DNA from: Planctomycetota bacterium
GTDB taxonomy: Bacteria > Planctomycetota > B15-G4
DNA length: 64,000 nt
Assembly: GCA_038212275.1 (NCBI GenBank)
Contig: JBBQUR010000008.1
Span: 96,001-160,000, forward strand
Direction of reading: 5' to 3'
Positions within the stretch are counted from its first letter, which is position 1; each line of letters starts with the position of its first letter. The notes beneath the pieces were generated by a model that was not told the origin of the DNA, searched no databases, and saw only the letters and a list, made by a program, of their open reading frames with translations. Of this stretch, positions 18,507 through 33,171 are shown piece after piece. The position numbers were made by a program, and so were the translations under genes.

Positions 18507-19579
18507 GGTCGCTTCCCCGCGCGACGCTCGCGGGCAACACGGCGAGCACGTCGCTGGACGCGCTGGGCTTCGACGGACTTTCCGCGCTGTGTCGTTCGAG
18601 CGCTGCGAGACATGTCCCCGATGCACTCGGCGGCTTCGATGCACGCTGGGAGCTGCCCGTCGCGTACTCCGAGGCGCGGGCACACCGGCTCGTCGAGGAC
18701 TACGGCGCGTGCGCCGTATGCGAGAACCGCACCTGTCCCGCTGCAGACATCGCGCCGCTGCCCGGTGACGACCTCGCGTGGCTCACGCCCAATCTCTACC
18801 CCATCCTGCTGCCATCCGAAGCCGCCACGATGTCCTCGAACCCGACGGCCGGCATCGAGGCACCCGGCCTGCACCTGCACGGCCTGCACCTCGTGCACTG
18901 GAGTTCGCTGCGACACGAGGGCGGGCTCATCGGCGCGGACGGCCCCACTGCCGCGGCGCTGCTCGCGCAACTCGCGCGCGCCGAGGATTTCCTGCTGCAC
19001 CGCAGCGGCGCGGAGTTTCCGCCGAGCGGCGTCGGTGCCGACGGACTGGCGCACCGCGGACACGCCGGCCTGATCAAGAACCGCGGCAGGCGCGTCGGCG
19101 GTTCCGTCGAACACGACCACCAGCAGATCCTGCTCTGCAACCAGCCCTTCGCGGAACCGCCGCGCTCGCGCGGACTGCGCGCGCGCCTGCTGCGCGACGC
19201 GACACCCGCGCTGGCCGTCGACGACATCGACGGTTTGGCGCGCACGCTCGTGCCGTCGTTCATGCGCCGCCCGCTGCACGCCTTCATCGTTCCGGCCTCG
19301 GACGACGCGGGCTGGCTGCACCACCTCGACGAGCGCGTGCGCGATGCCTGCGCGCTGGCCATCGCGCGGCTCACGCATGCGGTCTCCGCCGCGATGGATG
19401 CGCACGGCCAGGAACCGGCCTGGAATCTCACCTGCCTCGCGGGCGAGGGCTGCGGCCCCGTCTTCGAGCTGCGCGCCTTCACGCAACCTCTCGGCGGCTA
19501 CGAACACCTCGGCCTGTACCTCTGCGAGGAACGCCCGGCGACGTCCGCGGCGCGCCTGCGCGAAGCGCTGCCGGGATGA
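18503..19579 (+). CDS. Divergent GalT/HIT-superfamily nucleotidyltransferase-like protein
   Basis: CAVC zinc motif, PNLYPIL, and [16 protein letters not shown] (GalT-type HxHxQ); GTG overlaps the thiG stop. Confidence 0.65.
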   Translation: MRSLPRATLAGNTASTSLDALGFDGLSALCRSSAARHVPDALGGFDARWELPVAYSEARAHRLVEDYGACAVCENRTCPAADIAPLPGDDLAWLTPNLYPILLPSEAATMSSNPTAGIEAPGLHLHGLHLVHWSSLRHEGGLIGADGPTAAALLAQLARAEDFLLHRSGAEFPPSGVGADGLAHRGHAGLIKNRGRRVGGSVEHDHQQILLCNQPFAEPPRSRGLRARLLRDATPALAVDDIDGLARTLVPSFMRRPLHAFIVPASDDAGWLHHLDERVRDACALAIARLTHAVSAAMDAHGQEPAWNLTCLAGEGCGPVFELRAFTQPLGGYEHLGLYLCEERPATSAARLREALPG

Positions 19580-19694
19580 GCGTCGTGCCGGAGGCACGCG
19601 GCCTGGTGCGCAGCTTTCCGGCACGACGACGCTTCTGCACGGTCTCGCCGCCGGGGGTGCGCTCGCCGACGCCCCGCCGCGCACCCCGAGGCCG

Positions 19695-20300
19695 TCACGA
19701 CGAACGCGTGCTGCCTTGCTGCGGGTGCTCCCGGAGGGCCGCCCGCAGCGCCTCGACGCGCTTGCGATTGGCGCCGAGATCAGAGTAGCCGATGCGCGAG
19801 GCCGAGCGCACCTGAATGACGCCCGCTTCGGCATCGAGCCGGAACTCCACGTCATCCACGAAGCGGAAGATCAGGCTCGTGAACTCCACGTGGAGGTAGT
19901 CCGTCGTCTGCAGCACGATATGCGTGCGCGGCCACTCCGCCACGACGGCCAGCAGCGCGGCCCACGCTGCCGGCGCCGGCCCGCGGAACGACAGCGGCGC
20001 GATGGCGTGCTCCGTGTCGGGTGCGGCCACACCGCCCGCCGTGCCCGCCGTGCCCGTCGCATCGCCCGCCACGCCCGGCGCGCCGGGCGCGCCGGGCGCG
20101 CTGCCGCCTGGCACCTCGCTGCAGACGCAGTTGGGCGAAGCGGGACATGGAGCAAGGCGGCCATCGGGCCCGCGCAGGTCGGCGGCACGCGGCGCGCCGC
20201 TCACGCAGCCCAGCCCTGCGCCGCCGAGCAGCACGAGAAGTACGGGCAGCAGAAGGACCGCGAGCCACGCACGCCGCCGCCTCGGGGCACGCCCCCTCAA
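19695..20300 (-). CDS. DUF1499 family protein
   Basis: PCP.SPNCV.S, YLHVEFTS.IFRFVDDVEF, VRSASRIGYSDLGANRKRVE; TTG start inferred from TTGA overlap. Confidence 0.85.
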   Translation of the reverse strand: MRGRAPRRRRAWLAVLLLPVLLVLLGGAGLGCVSGAPRAADLRGPDGRLAPCPASPNCVCSEVPGGSAPGAPGAPGVAGDATGTAGTAGGVAAPDTEHAIAPLSFRGPAPAAWAALLAVVAEWPRTHIVLQTTDYLHVEFTSLIFRFVDDVEFRLDAEAGVIQVRSASRIGYSDLGANRKRVEALRAALREHPQQGSTRSS

Positions 20301-20740
20301 CGCCCCGCCGTCGCGCCGGCCTTCTGCTTCAGGCGCGCCTGGAAGAGATCCAGCAGGCGCTTGCCGGTAGCCGTCTGCGTGGCCACCCACTCGGCATGCA
20401 CGAAGGCGTGCGACGAGGCCTCTTCGCGGAATCGCTTCAGGAAAGGCAGCACCTTGCTGAAGAGGAACATGCCCTCGCCGCTGTTCTCGACGAGGTATTC
20501 GGCGGCCACGATCTCGTGGTGCGCCATGCCGTAGACCATCTCCCAGTACGAGGCCGTCTGGCGGAAGGCCGCATTGTGCGGGTGCTCGGGCTTCGTGATC
20601 GCGATGAAGTCCTCCCAGGTCTCCGGGAAGAACTTGCCGTTGATCGCGTCGCGCGACGCGCGCATCACGGGCTCGCGACGCAGCTCGTACAGCTTGAGCA
20701 CCAGCTCTGCATCGTGGTGGTCGGGTTTGTCCTTGGCCAT
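20297..20740 (-). CDS. Hypothetical protein (DUF4760-like)
   Basis: MAKDKPDHHDAELVLKLYELRREPVMR..R...F.P; AGGAG SD; good codon usage. Confidence 0.75.
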   Translation of the reverse strand: MAKDKPDHHDAELVLKLYELRREPVMRASRDAINGKFFPETWEDFIAITKPEHPHNAAFRQTASYWEMVYGMAHHEIVAAEYLVENSGEGMFLFSKVLPFLKRFREEASSHAFVHAEWVATQTATGKRLLDLFQARLKQKAGATAGR

Positions 20741-20817
20741 GACAGGTCTCCTGAAATCACGTAGAGAAGTGAGGGAAATGGGGAAGGATCGCGCGCGTGG
20801 TGCGGAGGGACGCGACC

Positions 20818-21897
20818 TCAGCGCTGGAAGATGGGCAGGTATCCGAGGGGCACCTGCAAGCTGAGGGTCACGATGGCGGTGCCGTAGACCGGGCCGTAGT
20901 CCCCTCCGGGAAAGCTGCCGTCGGGACGCTGGCGCCCGGCCGACTCCTCGACGAAGCGCCCCCACCAGCGCTCGAAGGCGCGCTGGTCATTGCCCTGCCA
21001 GTAGGCCTGCGCCGCGTAGAGCGCGCCGTACTCCTGGAAGTTCTCGACCTCGCCCACGCCGGCGATCGGGTCGCTGCGCTGCATCGCCTCGAAGCCGGAG
21101 CGCCACTCCTCGCTGCCGTAGTCGCCCAGCGCATTGAGCGTGGAGAGCGCGGCCGCCGTGAGCGCCCAGCTCGTCTTGGGGTCGTAGAGCGCGTAGCGAA
21201 AGCGGCCGTTCTCCTTGTCCTGGCTCGCCTTCACGTAGCGCACGGCCTTGTCGATGACGCCGCCGTCCACGCGGAAGCCCACATCACGCGCGGCCCGCAG
21301 CGCCTGGATCATGCACACGGTGATGGAGTTCTCGTGCTCGGCCACCTTGGTCGGCTCGTACCACCATCCGCCGAGTTCGCCCTGCGTGCGCTCGATGAGT
21401 TCCACGGCGCGCGTGATGGCGGCGCGCAGCCGGTCGCGCGGCTCGCGCTGCGCCTCGTCGCTGCCGTACATGCCGACCGCCTGCGTGAGCGCCAGCAGCG
21501 CGTAGCCCTGGCCGTGCATCTTGCTCGTCGTGTCGCGGTCGTCCTCGAAGAAGCCGCTGTACTTGCCGTCCATGGTGCAGTGGTCCACGAGCCAGTCGAT
21601 CGCGCGCTTCACGGCGCGTTCGTGCGGCCCGCGGTCGGGCAGGTTGCCCGCCGCCATGAGCGACAGCGCGGCCAGCGCGGTGACCGCCACCGGCGCGGGA
21701 TTGCCGTCCATGCCGCGGACGAGTGAGAAGCTGCCGTCCTTGTTCTGCTGGTTGATGAGCCACTCCTGGCCGGACGAGACGAGCGACGTCACCTGCGCGA
21801 CGCGCAGGCGGTCGTCCTGCCTGGCCGGCTCGTCGCTGCGAGGTGCAGGCACGAGCGCGCCGACCACGAGCAGTGCGGACGTCAGCGCGGCGATCAC
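20818..21897 (-). CDS. Exported prenyltransferase/squalene oxidase repeat (alpha/alpha barrel) protein, paralog 2
   Basis: Signal peptide; QW-like repeats WLINQQNKDGSF, Q...GGWWY, Q...GRFRY, QRPDGSF; ends YLPIFQR. Confidence 0.85.
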   Translation of the reverse strand: MIAALTSALLVVGALVPAPRSDEPARQDDRLRVAQVTSLVSSGQEWLINQQNKDGSFSLVRGMDGNPAPVAVTALAALSLMAAGNLPDRGPHERAVKRAIDWLVDHCTMDGKYSGFFEDDRDTTSKMHGQGYALLALTQAVGMYGSDEAQREPRDRLRAAITRAVELIERTQGELGGWWYEPTKVAEHENSITVCMIQALRAARDVGFRVDGGVIDKAVRYVKASQDKENGRFRYALYDPKTSWALTAAALSTLNALGDYGSEEWRSGFEAMQRSDPIAGVGEVENFQEYGALYAAQAYWQGNDQRAFERWWGRFVEESAGRQRPDGSFPGGDYGPVYGTAIVTLSLQVPLGYLPIFQR

Positions 21898-22676
21898 CTC
21901 GTGCGGCCTTCCTGTTCGCGGCTGTTCAGAGCCTTGATGTAGGCCTCCAGCCAGGCGCGATAGCGTTCGGGCACGTCATCCACATGCAGGTTCATCAGGC
22001 GCTCCTGCAGCTTGGGCGGCAGCAGACCCCAGCGCGCATCGGTGTCGGTGCGCGTGAATTTGCCGGTCTCGTCGGGAGGCACCGTCCTGCCCTGCTCGTT
22101 CCCACCCGGCGTGCTGTCGGCCTGCTCGGAGCCCTTGGGCTTGCTGCCGCCCTGCTCGCGCCCCTTCTCGCCGTCCGCGGGCTTCTCGCCACCCGAAGGC
22201 TTCTCGCCGTCCTTGCCGCCGGTGGGCTTCGGCGCCTGCGAGCCGTCGCTCGGCCGCGGCGCCGGGCTGGCGCCCGACGGTTCGCCGCCGCTCTTGCCGG
22301 ACTTGCCGCCTTTGCCGCCCTGGCCGCTCGAACTGTTGCTCTGCTGGTACTTGATCTGCTTGATGAGCGCGTCGATGTCGCGAATCACCTCGAGGTGCTT
22401 GCGCCTTGCTGTCTCGATGCCGTCGGAGGCGGTGCGCGCCTCGGAGGCAGTCTCCAGCGCCGCGTCCACTTCCGCGAGCGAACCCTGGATGCGGCGCACG
22501 AGCGCCTCGGCCTCCTCGGCAGTCCCTTCCACGCCGACCCCGGAACCGGCGCCGGGTTCGCCGCCCTGAGGGCCGGGACGATCCTGCGCGCGCGCCGTCG
22601 GGCCGGCGCAGAGCGTGGCACCCGCAAGCAGCAGCACGACCAACCCATGCGAGAACCGGCTGTTCATGCAGTTCAT
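21894..22676 (-). CDS. Secreted hypothetical protein with a coiled-coil, a G/S/K/P-rich linker and C-terminal WG.LP...P.RY...E.Y motif
   Basis: Signal peptide ending ARA-Q; coupled to neighbours by ATGA/GTGA overlaps. Confidence 0.75.
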   Translation of the reverse strand: MNCMNSRFSHGLVVLLLAGATLCAGPTARAQDRPGPQGGEPGAGSGVGVEGTAEEAEALVRRIQGSLAEVDAALETASEARTASDGIETARRKHLEVIRDIDALIKQIKYQQSNSSSGQGGKGGKSGKSGGEPSGASPAPRPSDGSQAPKPTGGKDGEKPSGGEKPADGEKGREQGGSKPKGSEQADSTPGGNEQGRTVPPDETGKFTRTDTDARWGLLPPKLQERLMNLHVDDVPERYRAWLEAYIKALNSREQEGRTR

Positions 22677-25228
22677 GGCTTCTCCGTGCCGGGCTGCGGC
22701 GGGTCGGGTTGCGGCGGGTCGGGTTGCGGGGGCTCGGGGCCATCGGGTTGCGGCGCCTCGGGATGGGCGCCGTTCGGACCGGCGGGACCGCCCGCACCCT
22801 GCGGGATCATCTTCCTGAACAGGTCGGTGACGGCCATGTGCTCGAGCGCCCAGCGGCCGAGCAGTTCGCTCTCCACCGGATCGAGACCGCCTTCGGTGCT
22901 CACTCCCGGAGTCGCGCGCGTGAAGTTCTCCAGCCGCGCCAGCGCCGCCTGCTCCATGCGCTGCACGAGCAGCAGTTCCGCCACGGTCGGCACGAGCGGA
23001 GTCTTCTGCTCCTGCTGCGGCTCGCCCTCCTTGGGGGGTTCGGTCTTGGCCTGGCGCCGCCGCTCCTGCTCTCCATCGAGCACGGCAAGCAGGTCCACCA
23101 GCCTCTGGTGCACGTCCCCCTGCACGGACTGCACGAGGTAGCCGGTCTGCTCGTCGGCGAGCAGCTGTCCGGCGGCCTCCAGGTCGTTGCGGCAGTGATC
23201 CATCGCGAAGGTGAAGGCCACCGAGCCGTCCTTCTCCAGCGCCGCGCGCAGCGTCTCGGCCTGCACCGCAAGATCCTTCTCGGTGGTGGCGAGGCGCGTG
23301 GCCGTGCGCCGCTGGCTGCGCCCGAGTCGATCGCCGTCGCCGCGACTCGCGTCCAGCTCCAGCGTCTCTGACGTGACCGCGTCATGCTTCTCGAGCAACG
23401 ACTTCAGCTCCTCGCCCACGCGGAAGAGGACTTCCTCCTGGCGCAGCTGCTCGTAGCGGTCGCGTTCGCCGGAGAGCTTCTTCTGGGCCTCCTCGAGCTG
23501 CTCGGCCGCCTCTTCCTCGCGCACTGCGGCCTCGTCCGTGCGCGCCTCGCGCAGCGCAGACTCCGCCTGGCCCATCGCCTCGCCGGCGCGACTCGACGCC
23601 TTGCGGTATTCCTGGTCCGGGAGCTCCTCGAGCCGCGCCATGAGCTCCGTCACCTGGCGCTGCAGCTCCTGCTGCTCGCTGGCGAGCGTCGCAAGCTCGG
23701 CGGCCTCGGGCTTGCGCGGCGTGGTGTCCGGATGCTCGCCCGCGCGCGCCTGCAATTGCCGGATGAGGTCATCGAGGCTGGTGCGGGCGGCCTGCTGCGC
23801 TGCGCCGGCCGCGGCGGTGTCGCCCTCCTCGATGGCGGCTGCGGACTTCTGCAGGTCTTCCAGGAGCTGGCGCGTGCGATCGAGCATCTCGGGCCCGGCC
23901 TCGGGCGTCACGGCCTCGAGACGCTCCGCGAGATCCTTCATCGTGTCGGCCTGCTTGCCGGCCTCTGCGCTGGACGCCGCGGCGAGAGCGCGCGCGCGAT
24001 TGCGCGCCGCGTTCAAGCTGCGCTCGGAACGCTCGAGCGCGTCCCGAGTGTCCTTCAACGCGGCCGTGGCCTCGTCCATTGCCTCACGGGCCGCGGTCGC
24101 CTGCGCGCTCCGGGGAGGCTCGGCCTCGCCGGTCATCGACTCGCCGTCGGCCGACGGCGGCTGCGCCTCACCCTCGGCACCCTTGGGCTGCGCGCCTGCG
24201 TCCGGCTTGCCGCTGGCCTCAGAGCCCTTCGGCGCGCCCGCGTCGCCGGTCTTGCCCGCGTCGCCGGTCTTGCCCGACTCGCCGGTTTTCGTCGCCGAGG
24301 GCGCGCCGGCCGGGGTCTCGCCCGCAGCCTGCTTGGCGTCGCCTGACGATCCTTCCAATTGCTTGCGCGCGGTCTCCATCGCCGCGGCGGCTTTCTCGGC
24401 GGCAGCGCCGGCCTCGTCGCGCGCGGCCTGCGCCGCCGACATCAGCTCGTCGCCGAGCACGGCCGCTCCGGTCTCGCCCTGCGCGGCATTCGCCGGCTGC
24501 GCCAGACGCTCACGCAACAGCGCGAGGCCTTCCTGCAACAGCGACTGAGTCTCCGCGTCAGCGGCCGGGTCCTGCGCCAGCGCGGTCTGCTCCTGCAGAA
24601 GCGCCTCGGCCAGCGCACTGTCCCCCAGCGACTGCTCGGCGGCCTGCGTCGAGGCGGTCGCGCCGTCCGCCGCCGACAACGACTGCTGCAACTGCCGCGC
24701 CAGCTCCAGCGCCTTCTGCAGCAGGTCGCCCGGCTTGTCCGTGGCGGCTCGCGTGCGTGCGAGCAGGCGGCGCTCGTTCTGCGCGAGGAAGCCGAGCTGT
24801 TCCACCGCCTTGCGAGCCAAGTCCGCCTGGCGCTGCAGTTCGTCCGCATCGCGACGATCGCGCAGCACCGAGTAGACCTGCTCGAGCGAGGTCACGAGCG
24901 CATCCTGCTGCTCGACGCTGGAGAGGTTGGACTGGGACAGGTTGCGATCGAGCTCGCGCGCGACGGCCTGCACCTGCTTGGCGTCGAACTCGGCCAGCGC
25001 CTCGCGCAGCAGCGTCGCATTGCGCGTGCGGCCCTCGGTGTCGTAGCGCTGCGCGAGCCGCTCCATCTTCTCGCGCAGCCCGACGATGCGCACGCCGATG
25101 CGCGACTGGTCGCGCTGCACGCGCGCGAGGTCGTTGCCGGCCGGCGCCACGCCGTCGTCCTCCTGGCCGCGCGCGGCCGCCGCGCAGCAGCCGAGCACGA
25201 GCACCGCATTCCTGAGGATGTGTCGCAT
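22673..25228 (-). CDS. Large secreted coiled-coil protein
   Basis: Signal peptide MRHILRNAVLVLGCCAAAARG; A/E/Q/L-rich heptads; C-terminal (PDPPQ)n; TGATG overlap. Confidence 0.8.
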   Translation of the reverse strand: MRHILRNAVLVLGCCAAAARGQEDDGVAPAGNDLARVQRDQSRIGVRIVGLREKMERLAQRYDTEGRTRNATLLREALAEFDAKQVQAVARELDRNLSQSNLSSVEQQDALVTSLEQVYSVLRDRRDADELQRQADLARKAVEQLGFLAQNERRLLARTRAATDKPGDLLQKALELARQLQQSLSAADGATASTQAAEQSLGDSALAEALLQEQTALAQDPAADAETQSLLQEGLALLRERLAQPANAAQGETGAAVLGDELMSAAQAARDEAGAAAEKAAAAMETARKQLEGSSGDAKQAAGETPAGAPSATKTGESGKTGDAGKTGDAGAPKGSEASGKPDAGAQPKGAEGEAQPPSADGESMTGEAEPPRSAQATAAREAMDEATAALKDTRDALERSERSLNAARNRARALAAASSAEAGKQADTMKDLAERLEAVTPEAGPEMLDRTRQLLEDLQKSAAAIEEGDTAAAGAAQQAARTSLDDLIRQLQARAGEHPDTTPRKPEAAELATLASEQQELQRQVTELMARLEELPDQEYRKASSRAGEAMGQAESALREARTDEAAVREEEAAEQLEEAQKKLSGERDRYEQLRQEEVLFRVGEELKSLLEKHDAVTSETLELDASRGDGDRLGRSQRRTATRLATTEKDLAVQAETLRAALEKDGSVAFTFAMDHCRNDLEAAGQLLADEQTGYLVQSVQGDVHQRLVDLLAVLDGEQERRRQAKTEPPKEGEPQQEQKTPLVPTVAELLLVQRMEQAALARLENFTRATPGVSTEGGLDPVESELLGRWALEHMAVTDLFRKMIPQGAGGPAGPNGAHPEAPQPDGPEPPQPDPPQPDPPQPGTEKP

Positions 25229-27489
25229 CAGTTGGGTCCTCGCGTGCCGGAGAGCGCCGCCTGGGTGCGCGCGCGCAGGCTGCGCTGGTCGTCGATGAGC
25301 GACTTCACCAGCAGCAGCACTTCCTGGTAGTCCTCCCACTCATCCATGCGGGCGAGCAACTGGTCGAGCCCGGCGAGCACAGTCGCCTGCGACTCCGCCG
25401 CCGCGAGCAGGATCGCCTTGCCCGGCGCCGAGCGCGCCTCGGTGAGCAGCTTGTGCGCGGCCGGCGAGGTGTCCTGCTCGATGGTCAGGGCCAGGCCGGT
25501 CATGTCGAGCAGGCGGCCGACGAGGTCGAGCCGGCCGAAGGCTCCCGCGGCGTAGTCCGCGGACAGCGCGCGCCATGTGGCCGAAGAGTCGCTGTCGTCC
25601 AGCGGCGCGGCCTGCCAGTCGGCGAGTCGGCGGTTCAGCACGGGCGTGGCGCCCGGGCCCGGATCGAGCCGGTTGAACAACGTGTCCTCGAGCACGCCGC
25701 ACAGCTCGCGCACCTCGCGCGTCAGGCGCGTGGTCACCTGGTTCTGCGCGACGACCGCCGCCACGAGCTCCGAGTCGTCCCCGGCGGGCGGCGTCTCCGC
25801 AAGCACGAGCACGTTCTCGCGCGCGACCTGCTGGCGTTCGCGGATCGTCTTGAACGACTCCTTGAGGCGCAGCTGGCGATCGGCGAGCAGCCGCTGGACC
25901 TCGCTGTCCTCCACGATGTCGACGCGTCGCCCCTCGGCGGTGGCGAGCTGCGGCCCCTTGCCGGGCAGATCGCGCCCGTCTGCGGCGGTGATGCGGTAGC
26001 TCAGCACGCCGAGGCGCGGGCTCGTCGTGAGGTCGAGCAGCAGACGGTAATTCCCCGGCCGCGTCGGATCGGCAAGCAGGTCCTGGACCTTGCCCTCGCC
26101 GAAGTCCACGCGCACCGATTCCACCTTGTGATCGTCCTCGGCGATGACCGCGAAGGGCACGACGGCGCGCGCCGTGACCTTGATGTCCGAGCGCGCCGGC
26201 GCGAAGAGGCGCAGCGTCGGCGGACGATCGGACTGCACGAGCAGAGCGTGATGGCTCGGGTCCGGCGTGGCCAGTCCGTGCTCGCCGGCGAGCACGATGG
26301 ACAGCGAGTCCGAATCGGTCGCCGTGAAGCTCGCCGTGACGCGCGTCGGAACGCTTGTCGTGTCGAGAGTCAGCGGCAGCGGCTCGGGGCGCGACGAGAG
26401 CTGCAGCGTGCCGCCGGTGACGTCGCCCTGCACCGTGCCGAGCACCGTGATCGCGGTGCCCTCGGGCACCACCAGCCCGGCTGGCCCCACCGTGCTTTCG
26501 GCCAGGCCCAGATACGCGGGCGGGACCAGCGTGAACTGCGGCTCGTCGAGGCGCGGCGGCTCGATGACGAGCAGCGCTCGTGCGGTGTCCGCGCCGTCGT
26601 CGTCGCCGCCGCGCACGAAGAGGCTCGTGTCGCCGCGCTCGATGCCGATGCGCCCGCGCCAGCCGTCACCAGCCTCGCCGGACATCGTGACGGCGCGCTC
26701 GCCGCGCTCGCCGCGCACGACGAGCTCCACGCGGGACGGCACCTTGCCCGAGATCTGCGCCTGGGCCTCGACCACGCCGCCACGCGCCGCGATGACCGAG
26801 CCGTCCTCCGCCAGCACGTGGCCCGGTCCGCGCTCCGGCAGCACGAGCGTCATGCGCGTGTCGCGCGGCCAGGCGGCATCGTGCAGCGTCCAGCGCCGCA
26901 CGAAGACGTCCGTGAACGGGTGCAGGGCGAGCACCAGCGTCGCGAGCAGGGCCAGCGCACCGGCGGCCTTCAGCAGCTCCCGGCGCATCGGGCGCGCGGT
27001 GAGCACGACGCGCAGGTCGCGCGCGCGGCACTGCGCGGAGGCTTCGTCCAGCAGGCGCTGCTCGAGCGAGCCGTCCGAACCGCCGCCGATCTGCAACGCC
27101 GAGATGACCCGCCCTTCGAGCTCGGGCAGCCCCGCCTCGACGAGCCGCGCCGCCTCGGCGCGATCGGGCCCGCGGAACAGCGGCCGTCCCAGCCGCAACC
27201 AGGCCTGGCGCCCCAGCAGCACGGCCGCGGCGACCAGCACCGCGGCGCGCACGGGCATCGGGAGCGAGAGCCAGCGGTCCGCGACGTAGGCCGCGATGAC
27301 GGCGAGCACGAGCAGCCCGACGAGCCGCGCCAGCCCGTGACCGAGGCGCAGCATCCGCACGCGGGCCAGCACCTGGTCGAGCCGGCGGTGCAGCTCGTCC
27401 ATCCCGCGACCGCCGGGCACGGCGACCGGCCGCCCGGGCGTCGTCGGGCGATCCGGGTCGGGCGGGGTGTTTCGGGACTGGGTGCTCAT
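25228..27489 (-). CDS. Membrane-anchored protein with 3 TM segments, beta-rich (Ig-like) domains and a coiled-coil tail (DUF4175-like)
   Basis: Two N-terminal TMs, 'AARLVE...PEL.GR.ISA', third TM, 'PPAYLG', 'DRPP....P', 'AEDDH.V'. Confidence 0.75.
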   Translation of the reverse strand: MSTQSRNTPPDPDRPTTPGRPVAVPGGRGMDELHRRLDQVLARVRMLRLGHGLARLVGLLVLAVIAAYVADRWLSLPMPVRAAVLVAAAVLLGRQAWLRLGRPLFRGPDRAEAARLVEAGLPELEGRVISALQIGGGSDGSLEQRLLDEASAQCRARDLRVVLTARPMRRELLKAAGALALLATLVLALHPFTDVFVRRWTLHDAAWPRDTRMTLVLPERGPGHVLAEDGSVIAARGGVVEAQAQISGKVPSRVELVVRGERGERAVTMSGEAGDGWRGRIGIERGDTSLFVRGGDDDGADTARALLVIEPPRLDEPQFTLVPPAYLGLAESTVGPAGLVVPEGTAITVLGTVQGDVTGGTLQLSSRPEPLPLTLDTTSVPTRVTASFTATDSDSLSIVLAGEHGLATPDPSHHALLVQSDRPPTLRLFAPARSDIKVTARAVVPFAVIAEDDHKVESVRVDFGEGKVQDLLADPTRPGNYRLLLDLTTSPRLGVLSYRITAADGRDLPGKGPQLATAEGRRVDIVEDSEVQRLLADRQLRLKESFKTIRERQQVARENVLVLAETPPAGDDSELVAAVVAQNQVTTRLTREVRELCGVLEDTLFNRLDPGPGATPVLNRRLADWQAAPLDDSDSSATWRALSADYAAGAFGRLDLVGRLLDMTGLALTIEQDTSPAAHKLLTEARSAPGKAILLAAAESQATVLAGLDQLLARMDEWEDYQEVLLLVKSLIDDQRSLRARTQAALSGTRGPN

Positions 27490-27514
27490 CTCGCGGTGCT
27501 CGTATCGTGCCGGT

Positions 27515-28815
27515 TCAGCGCTGGAAGATCGGGAGGTAGCCGTACGGCAGGGACAGGATGATGGCGCCGACGGCGGCGGAGAAGTTCGTGCCGGGACCGG
27601 CCGTGCAGGGCCACGTGCCGCTGGGCAGCTGCCCGCGGATCAGCTCCTCGCGCATCTTCGGGTAGTACCAGGCCCAGGCCTTGCCCCCGATGACGTAGAG
27701 CGCCTGCGTCGCGTAGTAATGCCCGTACCAGTAGAAGAAGTGAAAGGTGTACGGCGACTTGCCCGAGACCAGGTCGTAGTGGTCCAGCAGGAAGTCGATG
27801 CTGGCGTTCAGGTCGATCGTCGAGGCCTGCTTGCTGTCCGCGAGCAGGGCCTGCAGCGTGGTGCCGTAGTTGCCGGTGTTGTGCAGCGCCGCGATGCCGG
27901 CCGCCGTGAGCGCGAAGGAGCTGCGCGTGTTGCGCTGCGCCTGGTAGCGGAAGCTGCCCTTGCCGATGCGGTAGTAGTCGTCGAAGCCGAATCCGTAGCC
28001 GCCCTCGTCCCGCGTGACGTAGCTGCGCGCGACGTAGGCCGCGGCGCGATCGATCGTGCTGCGCGGCACGCGGATGCCGACGTTGCGCGCGCCGCGCAGC
28101 GCGTTCAGCTGGCACACCGTGATGGACATGTCCGACTCGACCGCGAAGGGCATGTAGCGCCAGGCGCCTTCCTGGTTCTGGCAGGCCACGATGTAGTCGA
28201 CGGCGGACTGCAGCTTGTCGCGCACGTCGGCGCGCTCGGTCATGCCGTAGACCTCGGCCAGGAAGAGCGTCCCGAAGGCGTGGCTGTACATGCGCGTGTC
28301 GTGCGCCGCGATGAAGCCCTCGTCGTTGACGCAGTCGAGCACGAAGTCCGTGGCACGGCCGATGACATCGCCGTACACGCCGCGACCGGGAAGGTTTCCC
28401 GCCGCGAGATACGCGAGGCCCGCGAGCGCCGTGACGCCCACGTGGTGCTGGTGGTCGGCCGTGATCTCGTAGGCCTGGTTGAGCTTGAAGCCCACGTCCG
28501 CCGTCCAGCTGCCGTCGGCGTTCTGCTGCTCAGCGAGGAAGGCGAGGGCCCGGTTCACCGCAGCGACGGAAGCAGGAGTGATGTCCGCGCCATCATCATT
28601 CCCCGCCTGCAGCGTCCAGGCGGCGGTATCGCCATCCGGCTGGCTGGCATCCGGCCTGCCGACACCCGCAGCGCCCGCGCCAGGCCTGGCCGCCCCGCCC
28701 TTCGGCGCGCTCTGCGCTGCGCCGGTGGCCGGCGCGCCGCCCTCCTCCACCTGCGCTGCCAGCGCGCCGGCGCCGGCGAGCAGCACGACGCACATGCGGA
28801 CCATGCCAGTCGGGC

Positions 28816-28819
<4 letters not shown>
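27515..28819 (-). CDS. Exported prenyltransferase/squalene oxidase repeat (alpha/alpha barrel) protein, paralog 1
   Basis: Signal peptide; FLAEQQNADGSW, MYSHAFGTLFLAEVYGM, CQNQEGAWRY, DMSIT, YWYGHYY, QLPSGTW; ends YLPIFQR. Confidence 0.88.
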
Positions 28820-33167
<4,348 letters not shown>

Positions 33168-33171
<4 letters not shown>

